Positions 26,096 to 34,247 of a stretch of 64,000 nucleotides of DNA are shown here, piece by piece. A model generated the notes under the pieces. The model searched no databases, was not told the origin of the DNA, and worked only from the letters and a program-made list of their open reading frames with translations. Source of the stretch: a virus (lineage: Duplodnaviria > Caudoviricetes); IMG/VR virus record IMGVR_UViG_3300031992_000019, one strand, 5' to 3'. The translations under genes were made by a program, and so were the position numbers. Each line of letters begins with the position of its first letter. Within the stretch, counting starts at the first letter, position 1.

Positions 26096-26726
26096 CGAAT
26101 AATGTTCCTTGTTTTACTATTTGTCCGTTTACCTTGAACTCCCCGTGGCACTCCTTTTGGAATCGTTCGTTGCCCTTGTCGAAGAAGTCCTTGTTTATCT
26201 CACACCCCCAGAAGTCAAAGCCTAACTTGTAGGCAGCGATTCTACTACTTTCACTGCCCATCATCGGGTCGAAGATTTTACCCCCCCCATTGAGATAAGT
26301 ATTCAACAACCAGCCGTATACTTCTACTGGCTTGGATGTCGGGTGAATCTTCCCCTTGAAATAGCACGAAATCTGCACATATCTTGACACCGTTCCGAGG
26401 TTTTCCGAAAGCGAGGCTATCTCAACTTGTGAGTACCTATCTGCTCCCCTCACCATCTTGTCCCACGCGACAAATCCCTTGAACGGATAGCCAAAGTTGT
26501 TTGCACCGAAGATTATCTGCGCCTCGCTCACCCTCCTTAACTCCTTGAAGAACTCCTCATTAGGCTTGTTTCCGAAGTTGTCCATACCAATGTCGCGCAT
26601 CTCCTTTTGCGGTGCGTTCTCGCTCTCATCCCTATACGGAGGGTCTGCGATAGCCAAGTCAAAGAACTTGTTGGGGATAGTCCTCATATATTCCATGCAA
26701 TCGCAATTAAATACATCGCTTATCAT
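26088..26726 (-). CDS. DNA amino-methyltransferase (m6A/m4C, beta class)
   Basis: DPPY, HPTSKP, FDPMMGS, GCEI; ends QGTLFDE. Confidence 0.9.
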   Translation of the reverse strand: MISDVFNCDCMEYMRTIPNKFFDLAIADPPYRDESENAPQKEMRDIGMDNFGNKPNEEFFKELRRVSEAQIIFGANNFGYPFKGFVAWDKMVRGADRYSQVEIASLSENLGTVSRYVQISCYFKGKIHPTSKPVEVYGWLLNTYLNGGGKIFDPMMGSESSRIAAYKLGFDFWGCEINKDFFDKGNERFQKECHGEFKVNGQIVKQGTLFDE

Positions 26727-26856
26727 ATTTTCTTTATTTAAGTGAAACTTTATCGTTTGTAAATAGAAAGTGGCTCATACACCCATTAAAATGGCTCTAC
26801 GCGGCTAAAAGAGTGTCGGTTGTGCCATTTCAGCTATTATGCGCTTATTGGCAATG

Positions 26857-27762
26857 TCATATAAACAGTTCCGATACATATCTACTTGCAAAAGGCTTTT
26901 GTGTATATATCTTTTCTGCCATTATAGATTGTTTCCCATTTGCCGACATTATACTTCTTAATCCGCACATAGCAATAGGAGCGAAACCTTCTGGCATATC
27001 ATACTCGCTAACAAATATAGGAAAATCCAATGACAATGCCCATTTATAGAAGGCATCGTGGTCAAATGGGCAATTATACTCATTTGTCCCCTTATATGGA
27101 ATATCACAATAGACAACATCGCCTTCTTTTATTTCAATATCACGATAATCGCTTTGCAGACTTTCCAACCTTTGCAGACTTTCCAACCTTTGCAGACTTT
27201 CCAACCTTTGCAGACTTTCCAACATCTCTATTGATTGTAGTCTTTCAACACTACACAATTCCGAATCTCTTCCGACAAGTCCGTTTGCCAAGGTTTTCCA
27301 AGAGGTATATCTTTGTGATATGTCTTTTCCTTTCACTTTACCACTTATGCCTAATTCTTCTGCGGCTTTCATATCGTCATAGAAAATGGCGAAATGTGCG
27401 GCTCTTTTTAAGGCTTCAACATCTCTTCCGTAGGCATACGTCCGTAGGTCGTTGCCGAACGAGAAACAAATTGCCGCATACGCATCGGTGTCTTTCAGTT
27501 TGAAGAAGTCCTCTCGGCTTATCCATCTATCTTCACCCTTGAAGCCTCCGTGAGCCGCGCGAAGAAACGCATCGGGCATCATCCCGTTTATGTCGTTGAT
27601 GAGGAAATCGTGCCACCTTCCGCTTAACATAGCGCAATGTGTGACCGAACATCCACCGCAGAACATATCAACCAGTCTGCGCCCCGTGGGTAGCACACTT
27701 ACCACCCATTCGGCTATCCTTGCCTTACTGCCCTTGTAGGGCATTCCGTATTTTCTTGCCAT
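26857..27762 (-). CDS. Dam-like (D12 class) adenine methyltransferase
   Basis: PYKGSK, DMFCGG, INDIN, YCDIPY, FVSEY. Confidence 0.88.
   Translation of the reverse strand: MARKYGMPYKGSKARIAEWVVSVLPTGRRLVDMFCGGCSVTHCAMLSGRWHDFLINDINGMMPDAFLRAAHGGFKGEDRWISREDFFKLKDTDAYAAICFSFGNDLRTYAYGRDVEALKRAAHFAIFYDDMKAAEELGISGKVKGKDISQRYTSWKTLANGLVGRDSELCSVERLQSIEMLESLQRLESLQRLESLQRLESLQSDYRDIEIKEGDVVYCDIPYKGTNEYNCPFDHDAFYKWALSLDFPIFVSEYDMPEGFAPIAMCGLRSIMSANGKQSIMAEKIYTQKPFASRYVSELFI
27152..27223. repeat. 4 x 18-bp perfect tandem repeat (LESLQR)
   Basis: ctttgcagactttccaac x4. Confidence 0.92.
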
Positions 27763-27765
27763 AGA

Positions 27766-27930
27766 CTATCCCAAGCATATCCAGAGAATCGTAGATACAA
27801 TGATAACCAAGACAACAAAACACCCGATGAGGAACTTCGCGCACCCCCAGAAGAACTGCTTGTCCTCCTCCTCTTGTCTTTTTCGGTCGAGTTCGTACAA
27901 CTCGTCCCAATCGTAATAGTTACTTCCCAT
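27766..27930 (-). CDS. Small membrane protein
   Basis: MGSNYYDW start; C-terminal TM. Confidence 0.6.
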   Translation of the reverse strand: MGSNYYDWDELYELDRKRQEEEDKQFFWGCAKFLIGCFVVLVIIVSTILWICLG

Positions 27931-28468
27931 ACCTCGGAACATTACAACCAATGAAATTTCCAAAGACAATCACACACCAATAGGGCAGATAATCCCTCAC
28001 CAACTCCCAGTCCTCCAAGGAGGAGAACATATAGAAGCAGTCGGCTATTGAGTGATAGAATCCGCACGAAATGAACAAGGTTATGCCCCAGATGAGGGGT
28101 AACTTGTTCCCCTCCCTCGCAGCACCCACCACGAAGGTCATTATCATACCGCAGAGAATGGAACGTGTGAAACAAGTAAGATACCCAGCCTCTATCCGCG
28201 TGAAGATGATGTCCGCTCCGTCAAACCCTATCAACAAAGCACCGACAAGACACCCCACGCAGTTCAAGACGAGGGTGAGAACCAATTTTTCCCACTCTTT
28301 TATTGAGGAGTAGTCGAAAAACCCAGCCATACCCGTATATAAGGGGTACTTGTAGTGGATGATGGTCAGTAACCCGAAGGCGAAGAGTACCGCGCCCTCC
28401 AGACCTCCTAATTTCAGATATGCCGCACCTCCCAAGGAGATGCAGATGCCAGCCAATATACCTTTCAT
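27920..28468 (-). CDS. Short formate/nitrite transporter (FNT)-like channel
   Basis: GAVLFAFGL, LYTG, NCVG, CGFYHSIAD, GNFIG; multiple TM helices. Confidence 0.8.
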   Translation of the reverse strand: MKGILAGICISLGGAAYLKLGGLEGAVLFAFGLLTIIHYKYPLYTGMAGFFDYSSIKEWEKLVLTLVLNCVGCLVGALLIGFDGADIIFTRIEAGYLTCFTRSILCGMIMTFVVGAAREGNKLPLIWGITLFISCGFYHSIADCFYMFSSLEDWELVRDYLPYWCVIVFGNFIGCNVPRYGK

Positions 28469-28534
28469 TTTCCCAAAATGTAAACCTCGAAAAGTAACTT
28501 GATGTATTCGATAAATGATTTCAGTAGTTTCATA

Positions 28535-29083
28535 TTAGAATAGTGTTAGTTGTCCCTCTGGCTCTGGAGGGTAGAATAAAGATTCAAAGATACAAGTGAG
28601 TACATTAACCGTAATAGAGTTGCCGTACAATTTATACATAGCAGAATTACTCAACCCCGAACTCTCCAAGATGTCTATTTGTTCATCATCCACATCTTGC
28701 AAACGTCCGCATTCCCTTGGGGTTAGCTTGCGTATTCTCAACCTTACGGGTGTGATGTCGGTGAGGAACTGGTCTGCCGCATTTCCTTCGGAGATTGTGG
28801 TCAGGAGTTCTGCCCCTTGGAGAATGTGTGTTGCAACCCATTCGTTCTCCTGCTCGGTAAACTTGTTTCTCCACTTTGCGAAAAGTTTGGAGAGAGCATC
28901 CACGAAAGCGGTTGATAGGTTTCTGTCACCCTCTTCGGACAACCTCTGCTGCTCTTCGGAGGTGAGTTTCCAAATCTCCGCAGCCTCCTCTTGGACTTCA
29001 TCGTCACCATACTGTTTCTTCAGTTTCAGATAGCCGATTCTCAAAGCCTTGTTGAGTTCGGAACGATTTTGATGCTTGAACAT
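28535..29083 (-). CDS. C5-cytosine methyltransferase, C-terminal subunit (motifs IX-X)
   Basis: RIRKLTPRECGRLQ, YKLYGNSITV; ends QLTLF. Confidence 0.88.
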   Translation of the reverse strand: MFKHQNRSELNKALRIGYLKLKKQYGDDEVQEEAAEIWKLTSEEQQRLSEEGDRNLSTAFVDALSKLFAKWRNKFTEQENEWVATHILQGAELLTTISEGNAADQFLTDITPVRLRIRKLTPRECGRLQDVDDEQIDILESSGLSNSAMYKLYGNSITVNVLTCIFESLFYPPEPEGQLTLF

Positions 29084-29084
29084 A

Positions 29085-29261
29085 TTATATCTCGATTAAA
29101 ATGAATACTTTCGGTTCGTGTGCCGTTGTTACGGTCATTGATTCGTTGTAGGGACTATTTATCTGCAATTCGCTTACCCCTCGCTTGTCTGGAGTGTCCT
29201 GATAGAAACGGATATTCCCATTCGGCATAAACTTCCAGCGGATAGACTCCTTACGTTTCAT
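29085..29261 (-). CDS. TRD-like micro-ORF 16 (58 aa)
   Basis: MKRKESIRW..SMTVTTAHEPKVFILIEI. Confidence 0.75.
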   Translation of the reverse strand: MKRKESIRWKFMPNGNIRFYQDTPDKRGVSELQINSPYNESMTVTTAHEPKVFILIEI

Positions 29262-29397
29262 AAAGTTCTATTAGTTTCCACCCCGCTCTCAAGGCATTTC
29301 TGCTCCAAGTCTGCGTGAGTGTGCCTATGTAATGTCGCTTTTCTGGGGGAGGTATTACCCCATTGTAGTCATCATAAGGAATATATCTACGTTTCAT
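29251..29397 (-). CDS. TRD-like micro-ORF 15 (48 aa)
   Basis: MKRRYIPYDDYN..IGTLTQTW..GWKLIELYET. Confidence 0.77.
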   Translation of the reverse strand: MKRRYIPYDDYNGVIPPPEKRHYIGTLTQTWSRNALRAGWKLIELYET

Positions 29398-29533
29398 ATA
29401 TCTCTACAAGTTTCCATCCGTGGCGGGGAGCGGGATTGCCAAACTGCGTGGTTATTGCCCCGATGAGCTTCTGCTCCCAGTTTGGCGGTGATGAATTATA
29501 ATCGTCAAAGGCGGTTATCTTACGTTTCCTCAT
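29387..29533 (-). CDS. TRD-like micro-ORF 14 (48 aa)
   Basis: MRKRKITAFDDYN..IGAITTQF..GWKLVEIYET. Confidence 0.77.
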   Translation of the reverse strand: MRKRKITAFDDYNSSPPNWEQKLIGAITTQFGNPAPRHGWKLVEIYET

Positions 29534-29711
29534 ATTCTACAATCAAAGAATCCTTGGTGAAGAAGGTTGTCACGCACGAGCAGACACCATCGTTGCCAGG
29601 ATATGCGTACTTCGCGTTGAATTTCGCCCCGTTCTCTCCGTGGAGATGTCTGCGCTCTCGCTCCTCGTCCGTGCGTTGCCTACGCAAGCCTTGCGCGTCA
29701 AACCTCGTCAT
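29520..29711 (-). CDS. TRD-like micro-ORF 13 (63 aa)
   Basis: ..DGVCSCVTTFFTKDSLIVEYEET. Confidence 0.77.
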   Translation of the reverse strand: MTRFDAQGLRRQRTDEERERRHLHGENGAKFNAKYAYPGNDGVCSCVTTFFTKDSLIVEYEET

Positions 29712-29856
29712 ATCCGATAACCATATAGTCTTTTTGCAGACTTGTTATTGCATTACTTGTCCCACCTCCGCGAATCTCCAACCTTTGTCGGTGTTCGGAG
29801 TTGTGCCAGTCGCCATCGGAGCGACCACGGAACGCGCAGGCTTTAACATTCGTCAT
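29698..29856 (-). CDS. TRD-like micro-ORF 12 (52 aa)
   Basis: ACAFRGR..QRLEIR..SNAITSLQKDYMVIGYDEV. Confidence 0.8.
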   Translation of the reverse strand: MTNVKACAFRGRSDGDWHNSEHRQRLEIRGGGTSNAITSLQKDYMVIGYDEV

Positions 29857-30061
29857 AGTATGCTATGTTATATCTGCCAAGCACTTCTCCAGAGCAGATG
29901 GACGGAGCGATGCCGTATATACCGTGGATGCGGTGGGGTTGAGAGTGCATCCGACTATTGAGTATCGAGCCTTCGTTGAAACGGAGTTTGCCGTGTATGA
30001 ATCCGCAGAAGATGTCGTCATTGCTGATGCTACGGATTTCATCGTAGAACATTGTTATCAT
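29843..30061 (-). CDS. TRD-like micro-ORF 11 (72 aa)
   Basis: ..QPHRIHGIYGIAPSICS..YYDEC. Confidence 0.75.
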   Translation of the reverse strand: MITMFYDEIRSISNDDIFCGFIHGKLRFNEGSILNSRMHSQPHRIHGIYGIAPSICSGEVLGRYNIAYYDEC

Positions 30062-30207
30062 ACCTCATTGTACTCTACCACTCTCATACAAGTTTGGAAT
30101 CCAGTACCCTCCAACGTGTGAACAACGTTCGCCACAACCAAAGGATGAAGATATAGGAGCGACCCCTCCCTATCTCGGACGTGTCCCAAAAGATGTTTAT
30201 GTTTCAT
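30058..30207 (-). CDS. TRD-like micro-ORF 10 (49 aa)
   Basis: MKHKHLLG..VANVVHTLEG..VVEYNEV. Confidence 0.75.
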   Translation of the reverse strand: MKHKHLLGHVRDREGSLLYLHPLVVANVVHTLEGTGFQTCMRVVEYNEV

Positions 30208-30337
30208 AATACTCTAACACTCCCATCTCTCTTCGCCCACCTTTCGAACAGACAATATTGAGGGAATAGTGGTTGGACGTAAGAAGTGCTGCTGCACATC
30301 CGTCTGCCGTTTCGTTGAATATTCTACGTTTCCTCAT
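30197..30337 (-). CDS. TRD-like micro-ORF 9 (46 aa)
   Basis: MRKRRIFNETADGCAAALLT..GVLEYYET. Confidence 0.77.
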   Translation of the reverse strand: MRKRRIFNETADGCAAALLTSNHYSLNIVCSKGGRREMGVLEYYET

Positions 30338-30461
30338 ACTCAATAACAAGTTGTCCCCTATCGGACATAGGATTTGCAGGGACGCAGAACGCGATGTCCT
30401 TGTAGGAGTAGTACCCAGCACCCCTATCACCGACCATCTGGCATATCTTATATTTCCTCAT
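30324..30461 (-). CDS. TRD-like micro-ORF 8 (45 aa)
   Basis: MRKYKICQMVGDRG..IAFCVPANPMSDRGQLVIEYEET. Confidence 0.75.
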   Translation of the reverse strand: MRKYKICQMVGDRGAGYYSYKDIAFCVPANPMSDRGQLVIEYEET

Positions 30462-30588
30462 ACCTTACGCAAAGCAAAGGAGATTTATAATCGGTCTGCA
30501 ATATCGTTGGCGCGATGTTGAAAGACTCCCTTATCTCGCCGAACTTCTTGAGAGGATTAGGACAAATGGAAGCCTTACTCATTCTCAT
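30448..30588 (-). CDS. TRD-like micro-ORF 7 (46 aa)
   Basis: ..IAPTILQTDYKSPLLCVRYEEI. Confidence 0.77.
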   Translation of the reverse strand: MRMSKASICPNPLKKFGEIRESFNIAPTILQTDYKSPLLCVRYEEI

Positions 30589-30724
30589 AGACTATGATTT
30601 TCGGTTCTACGCCAGAATGACAACCTACTCCGATGGTAGGGCACAAACCCCTCGGATGACACACCACCCCATTTTGTCGGGAATGATAGCAATATCCCAC
30701 AATGATAATCCTACTGCTCGCCAT
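30575..30724 (-). CDS. TRD-like micro-ORF 6 (49 aa)
   Basis: ..QNGVVCHPRGLCPTIGVG..EPKIIVYENE. Confidence 0.8.
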   Translation of the reverse strand: MASSRIIIVGYCYHSRQNGVVCHPRGLCPTIGVGCHSGVEPKIIVYENE

Positions 30725-30887
30725 AGACGCTCACGAAGAAATGATTTCTGAACGATATACCCACGCAGATTGTTCCCGCGATGTCATTCGTTATCTGGTT
30801 GTAGTCATCTATCCAAATGTTCGGTCGGTCTATCCTGCCCTCTCTTATCATCTTGTGGAGAGTCTTGCAGCCGTTAATCTTCCGCAT
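30711..30887 (-). CDS. TRD-like micro-ORF 5 (58 aa)
   Basis: ..WIDDYNQ..IAGTICVG..FFVSVYGEQ. Confidence 0.77.
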   Translation of the reverse strand: MRKINGCKTLHKMIREGRIDRPNIWIDDYNQITNDIAGTICVGISFRNHFFVSVYGEQ

Positions 30888-31044
30888 AGTCGCTCACGAA
30901 AAATATTCCTGCGTCATACCTCGCCCTTATCGTACCAGCATATCCATCAAAGACGATTTGGTTGTAGGTGTCCAGATACTGACCGCCACGAAAGACCTTA
31001 CCGCTCGACAATAGCGATTTCAACCTTGTCCTATCGTTCTTCAT
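30874..31044 (-). CDS. TRD-like micro-ORF 4 (56 aa)
   Basis: ..YLDTYNQ..YAGTIRARYD..FFVSDYAED. Confidence 0.77.
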   Translation of the reverse strand: MKNDRTRLKSLLSSGKVFRGGQYLDTYNQIVFDGYAGTIRARYDAGIFFVSDYAED

Positions 31045-31174
31045 ATTCCATTACTGCCGTTGCCCCAAGTCCGTCACTCCTGATGAAGTTCGCGACTCCA
31101 TTCTTGAAATACTGCGCCTTGATGGTTCGTGCCGTACATCCTTCGGCAGGGTTGATGATTCTCTTATTGCTCAT
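31031..31174 (-). CDS. TRD-like micro-ORF 3 (47 aa)
   Basis: ..ARTIKAQYFKNGVANF..ATAVMEYEER. Confidence 0.8.
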   Translation of the reverse strand: MSNKRIINPAEGCTARTIKAQYFKNGVANFIRSDGLGATAVMEYEER

Positions 31175-31304
31175 AATACTCCATTGCACCCGTTGCCGCG
31201 AAAGTACCCTCTCTAACGAGGTTGGCGGTGGAGGTCTGCTGATATTGCGCCTTTATAGTTCGACATAAACCTTTCTGGTCATTCAAGGGTTTAACTCTCT
31301 TCAT
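31164..31304 (-). CDS. TRD-like micro-ORF 2 (46 aa)
   Basis: ..GLCRTIKAQYQQTSTAN..ATGAMEYYEQ. Confidence 0.8.
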   Translation of the reverse strand: MKRVKPLNDQKGLCRTIKAQYQQTSTANLVREGTFAATGAMEYYEQ

Positions 31305-31464
31305 AGGCTATCACCGCAGTCATAGGGAAATGTCCGAGGGAGAGGACATTGGTGTCACCCATACCAGCACCGTATCTTGTCGTGATGGTCGCGGTACATC
31401 CGTCCCTTGTGCAGGGACAGGCCCCGTAATACCCCCCCCTAAATCGGAACAGGTCAATCTTCAT
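31291..31464 (-). CDS. TRD-like micro-ORF 1 (57 aa), contains a G8 tract
   Basis: MKIDLFRFRGG..DGCTATITTRY..HFPMTAVIAYEES. Confidence 0.77.
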   Translation of the reverse strand: MKIDLFRFRGGYYGACPCTRDGCTATITTRYGAGMGDTNVLSLGHFPMTAVIAYEES

Positions 31465-32179
31465 GCTGTCTGCGGAAATAGCTCAACATCTTGTCGGAGA
31501 TGAAGTATTTCTCGTCAACCTCGTCCTCAAGGACATCAATCAGGTGTTTCTCCAGAGGGAAAGGCTTGGGGAACGTGTAACGTGGCAGCGGGTCTTCATC
31601 GTCAATACGGATGGAAACCAAGAAGATTCTCTCTCTATTCTGCGGCACGCCGTAACTCTTGGAGTTGAGGATTTCACCGCTTGAATAATAACCCTGCTTT
31701 TCGAGGTAGAGTTGCCAGTCGAGAAAGTAACCACGGAATCGGTTGCTTACAAGGTTCTTCACGTTCTCCATAAGCAGATACTTTGGTTTCTTCTCCTCGA
31801 TTGCTTTTGCGCATACCCAAAGGAGAGAGGAACGTGTGCCGCTATCCTTTTCAAGACCTAACATTTTACCCGCTTGGCTGACATCGGTGCAGGGGAAAGA
31901 GTAAGTGAAAAGGTCGAAATCGGGAACCTTGCTCCAATCAATCTTGCAGATGTCACCGTAATTCTTGTCGGCAGAATCAGGGAACAATGCCTTATGAGCA
32001 ATTACCGCAGGTTGCTTGTCGATGGGTGCATTGCTTTCTGGGTCAAACTCCGACCAACCAACAAGTGTATAGTCGAAATCGGGGTGTATTTTCTTCAACC
32101 GCTCCAACGCAAGACATTGAGAGTCATAGCCTGCGAACGCCGTGAACACTCTTAAAGGGTTTTCCTTATTGTACTTCAT
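31454..32179 (-). CDS. C5-cytosine methyltransferase, N-terminal catalytic subunit (motifs I-VIII)
   Basis: FTAFAGYD, YGDI, SFPCTD (catalytic PC), LMENV, PQNRERIF; stops at the start of the variable region. Confidence 0.92.
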   Translation of the reverse strand: MKYNKENPLRVFTAFAGYDSQCLALERLKKIHPDFDYTLVGWSEFDPESNAPIDKQPAVIAHKALFPDSADKNYGDICKIDWSKVPDFDLFTYSFPCTDVSQAGKMLGLEKDSGTRSSLLWVCAKAIEEKKPKYLLMENVKNLVSNRFRGYFLDWQLYLEKQGYYSSGEILNSKSYGVPQNRERIFLVSIRIDDEDPLPRYTFPKPFPLEKHLIDVLEDEVDEKYFISDKMLSYFRRQHED

Positions 32180-32402
32180 CTTTTTTCAGTTTGTAATTTG
32201 CGAATCTAACTGGGTTGCCCGTAATTTTTGACTTTGACATCATCTCCTCGGTGTCGATGACATACCCCTCCTTTTTGAGAACATAGATGATGTGACTCAA
32301 CCGAAAACATCCGTACTCTCTCAACGCATCAAGCGGGGTAATAGAGCCGTAGGCTTTAAGGTGGGCAAGCACCAGTTTCTTCTGGGTTAGTTTCTCTCTC
32401 AT
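32166..32402 (-). CDS. Winged-HTH phage protein
   Basis: GSITPLDALREYGCFRLSHIIYVLKKEG. Confidence 0.78.
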   Translation of the reverse strand: MREKLTQKKLVLAHLKAYGSITPLDALREYGCFRLSHIIYVLKKEGYVIDTEEMMSKSKITGNPVRFANYKLKKDEVQ

Positions 32403-32802
32403 ATTTCTGGATAATCTCTAATGATTGCGTGTGAATCTTGTCGCAGTCCTCTCTAAAAGACCTATAATGCCTATACCGAAATAAAATGTGTTTGGTGAGG
32501 TGGGAGATGTTGTTCTCGCTGACACCGAGAACCATAGCCAAGTCCTGCCTCAACCCCTTCCGCATCTTTCTCACGATGGAGGTGGGGTCAAACACATATA
32601 AACTAACAAATAGGAAATACTCCCTCACCTTGGATTCGGTGAAGTTAAATTCCGCAGCCTTGGCTCGTGTGACGGCATAGATGACCTTTAACTTTTCAAG
32701 TCCGTACTCGACATCCCCCTTGATTGAGTTCTGCTCTTTCCTTATCCGCACCTCCTCATCACGGAGATGCTCTATGCGGTCTATCTTACCTACATCAATC
32801 AC
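32356..32802 (-). CDS. Hypothetical protein with possible HTH
   Basis: GLRQDLAMVLGVSENNISH. Confidence 0.68.
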   Translation of the reverse strand: MIDVGKIDRIEHLRDEEVRIRKEQNSIKGDVEYGLEKLKVIYAVTRAKAAEFNFTESKVREYFLFVSLYVFDPTSIVRKMRKGLRQDLAMVLGVSENNISHLTKHILFRYRHYRSFREDCDKIHTQSLEIIQKYERETNPEETGACPP

Positions 32803-33181
32803 AAGGAACTAACTTGATGCCCAAGAAACTCATCAGCCTCTCTACCTTGTCTATGCTCATTCCTATCCTCCCGTGGAGGAAATTAGTTAGTGTGCAATAG
32901 CCTATGTTAAGAGTCTTCGCGGTTTCACGGACATTGATTTTCTTTGACCTAATCTCCATCCAGCAGCTCTTCTGGATGGATAGCGGTGTGTCGGACTTGT
33001 AAGTCCCTACGGCTGACAACCCTACTACATCCAAACAACTCTGCGCCCTCTCAAACCATATCCCCTTGTGTCCGTTGAGGAAGGTGTTGATGGCGGTGTA
33101 TTCTATACCCGTGGTGTTGGATAGAGTCCTCTGGGTCATATTCAGGTCATACAGCCTCGATGAAATATTCTCTCTAATCAT
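32795..33181 (-). CDS. Tandem XRE-type HTH regulator, probably leaderless
   Basis: Two HTH repeats (..INTFLNG, ..LTNFLHG); ATG 4 nt after TATCTTTG. Confidence 0.78.
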   Translation of the reverse strand: MIRENISSRLYDLNMTQRTLSNTTGIEYTAINTFLNGHKGIWFERAQSCLDVVGLSAVGTYKSDTPLSIQKSCWMEIRSKKINVRETAKTLNIGYCTLTNFLHGRIGMSIDKVERLMSFLGIKLVPCD

Positions 33182-33279
33182 GCTGCAAAGATACAACATT
33201 TTCCCAACATTTCCAAGACCTCATCCAATATTTTCACGATTTATAAACAATTTTTAACATTTAACCCAACATTTAACTC

Positions 33280-33314
33280 AAAAAAGGGGCACAATCCTCA
33301 CGGACTATGCCCCT
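33280..33314 (-). terminator. Intrinsic terminator
   Basis: Minus strand AGGGGCATAGTC..GATTGTGCCCCT followed by a T run. Confidence 0.65.
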
Positions 33315-33445
33315 CCCAAGTAAAATCAAATTATCTGTTGCGTTTCTTCGCGTATTGGTTTCTATTTATACATATCGGTCTGCCTTCACGTATGCAATGC
33401 CAGCCGATACCCATCACTGGTGAGAACTCCCAAAATACGCAGTCC

Positions 33446-33637
33446 TCACACCTTCTTGTTTCGGGGTGCGAATCCTCCCTTATATTTGAGTCGTTCGGAA
33501 ACATGTCGCTTGTAGGTTCTTACGTGGTCGAAATCCAGATAGAACACCCCTTCCTCAACCCTTTGGTCAAGGAACTCATAGAAGATTTTCTTCGCAAGTT
33601 TCGTGGCATCTTCCCAGCCTTTATCGTAGTCGGTCAT
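33446..33637 (-). CDS. Hypothetical protein
   Basis: MTDYDKGWED start in ATGA overlap. Confidence 0.6.
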   Translation of the reverse strand: MTDYDKGWEDATKLAKKIFYEFLDQRVEEGVFYLDFDHVRTYKRHVSERLKYKGGFAPRNKKV

Positions 33638-34065
33638 TTGAATTGTCTTAATGGTAAGGACATATATGAATTTATCTCTCTCATGAACTCCTCTATCGTT
33701 CGGCACACGACATACTTGTTGCCCGCCCTCTCGCAGATTTCCTGCCACTCCTTCTGCACGGGTCTCTGGTAGCCGCCCCTCTGCTTCATCTCGATATACA
33801 AAGCACCATAGCCTCCCCTCGGGATGGCTAAACACAAGTCGGCGACACCAGCCACCACACCCTCGGCTTTCAGCTTACCAGCCGTGGCTTTCCCCCTGAA
33901 CCCTCCGTTGGGTATGGCGAACAACAATGAGGCATAATTCCTGTATTGAAGTCTAAACCACTTGACGCAGTTCACTTGTATGTTATGCTCCTCCTCTATC
34001 CTTTTCGGCGGTGTCTTGTCGCCCCTTATCAGTGCGCGGAGGAACTCATCGGTGACTTTCTGCAT
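33634..34065 (-). CDS. VRR-NUC domain nuclease
   Basis: EHNIQ, AIPNGG, GVVAGVADL, YIEMK, Q..WQ. Confidence 0.88.
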   Translation of the reverse strand: MQKVTDEFLRALIRGDKTPPKRIEEEHNIQVNCVKWFRLQYRNYASLLFAIPNGGFRGKATAGKLKAEGVVAGVADLCLAIPRGGYGALYIEMKQRGGYQRPVQKEWQEICERAGNKYVVCRTIEEFMREINSYMSLPLRQFK

Positions 34066-34247
34066 AGCTGCTTGCGGTATTCATTCGCCCACTTCAAGGC
34101 TTCATTCTTGTCGGTCTCCTCATGGGCAGGAACCCACGACACCTCTTCCCTTCGGTAGATGATGTACTTCTTCACCTCCCCTTTCTGGAAATAGGTCACG
34201 AGAACATATCGGTTCTCATAAATTGTTGATTCGGTTGTCTTTTCCAT
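34029..34247 (-). CDS. Hypothetical protein
   Basis: Operon continuity. Confidence 0.58.
   Translation of the reverse strand: MEKTTESTIYENRYVLVTYFQKGEVKKYIIYRREEVSWVPAHEETDKNEALKWANEYRKQLCRKSPMSSSAH

Noticed and set aside
29085-31464. Reading the MTase variable region as a decayed, frameshifted pseudogene
   Set aside because: Sixteen consecutive intact ORFs with stereotyped starts, ends and 11/14-nt overlaps are not what random decay produces.
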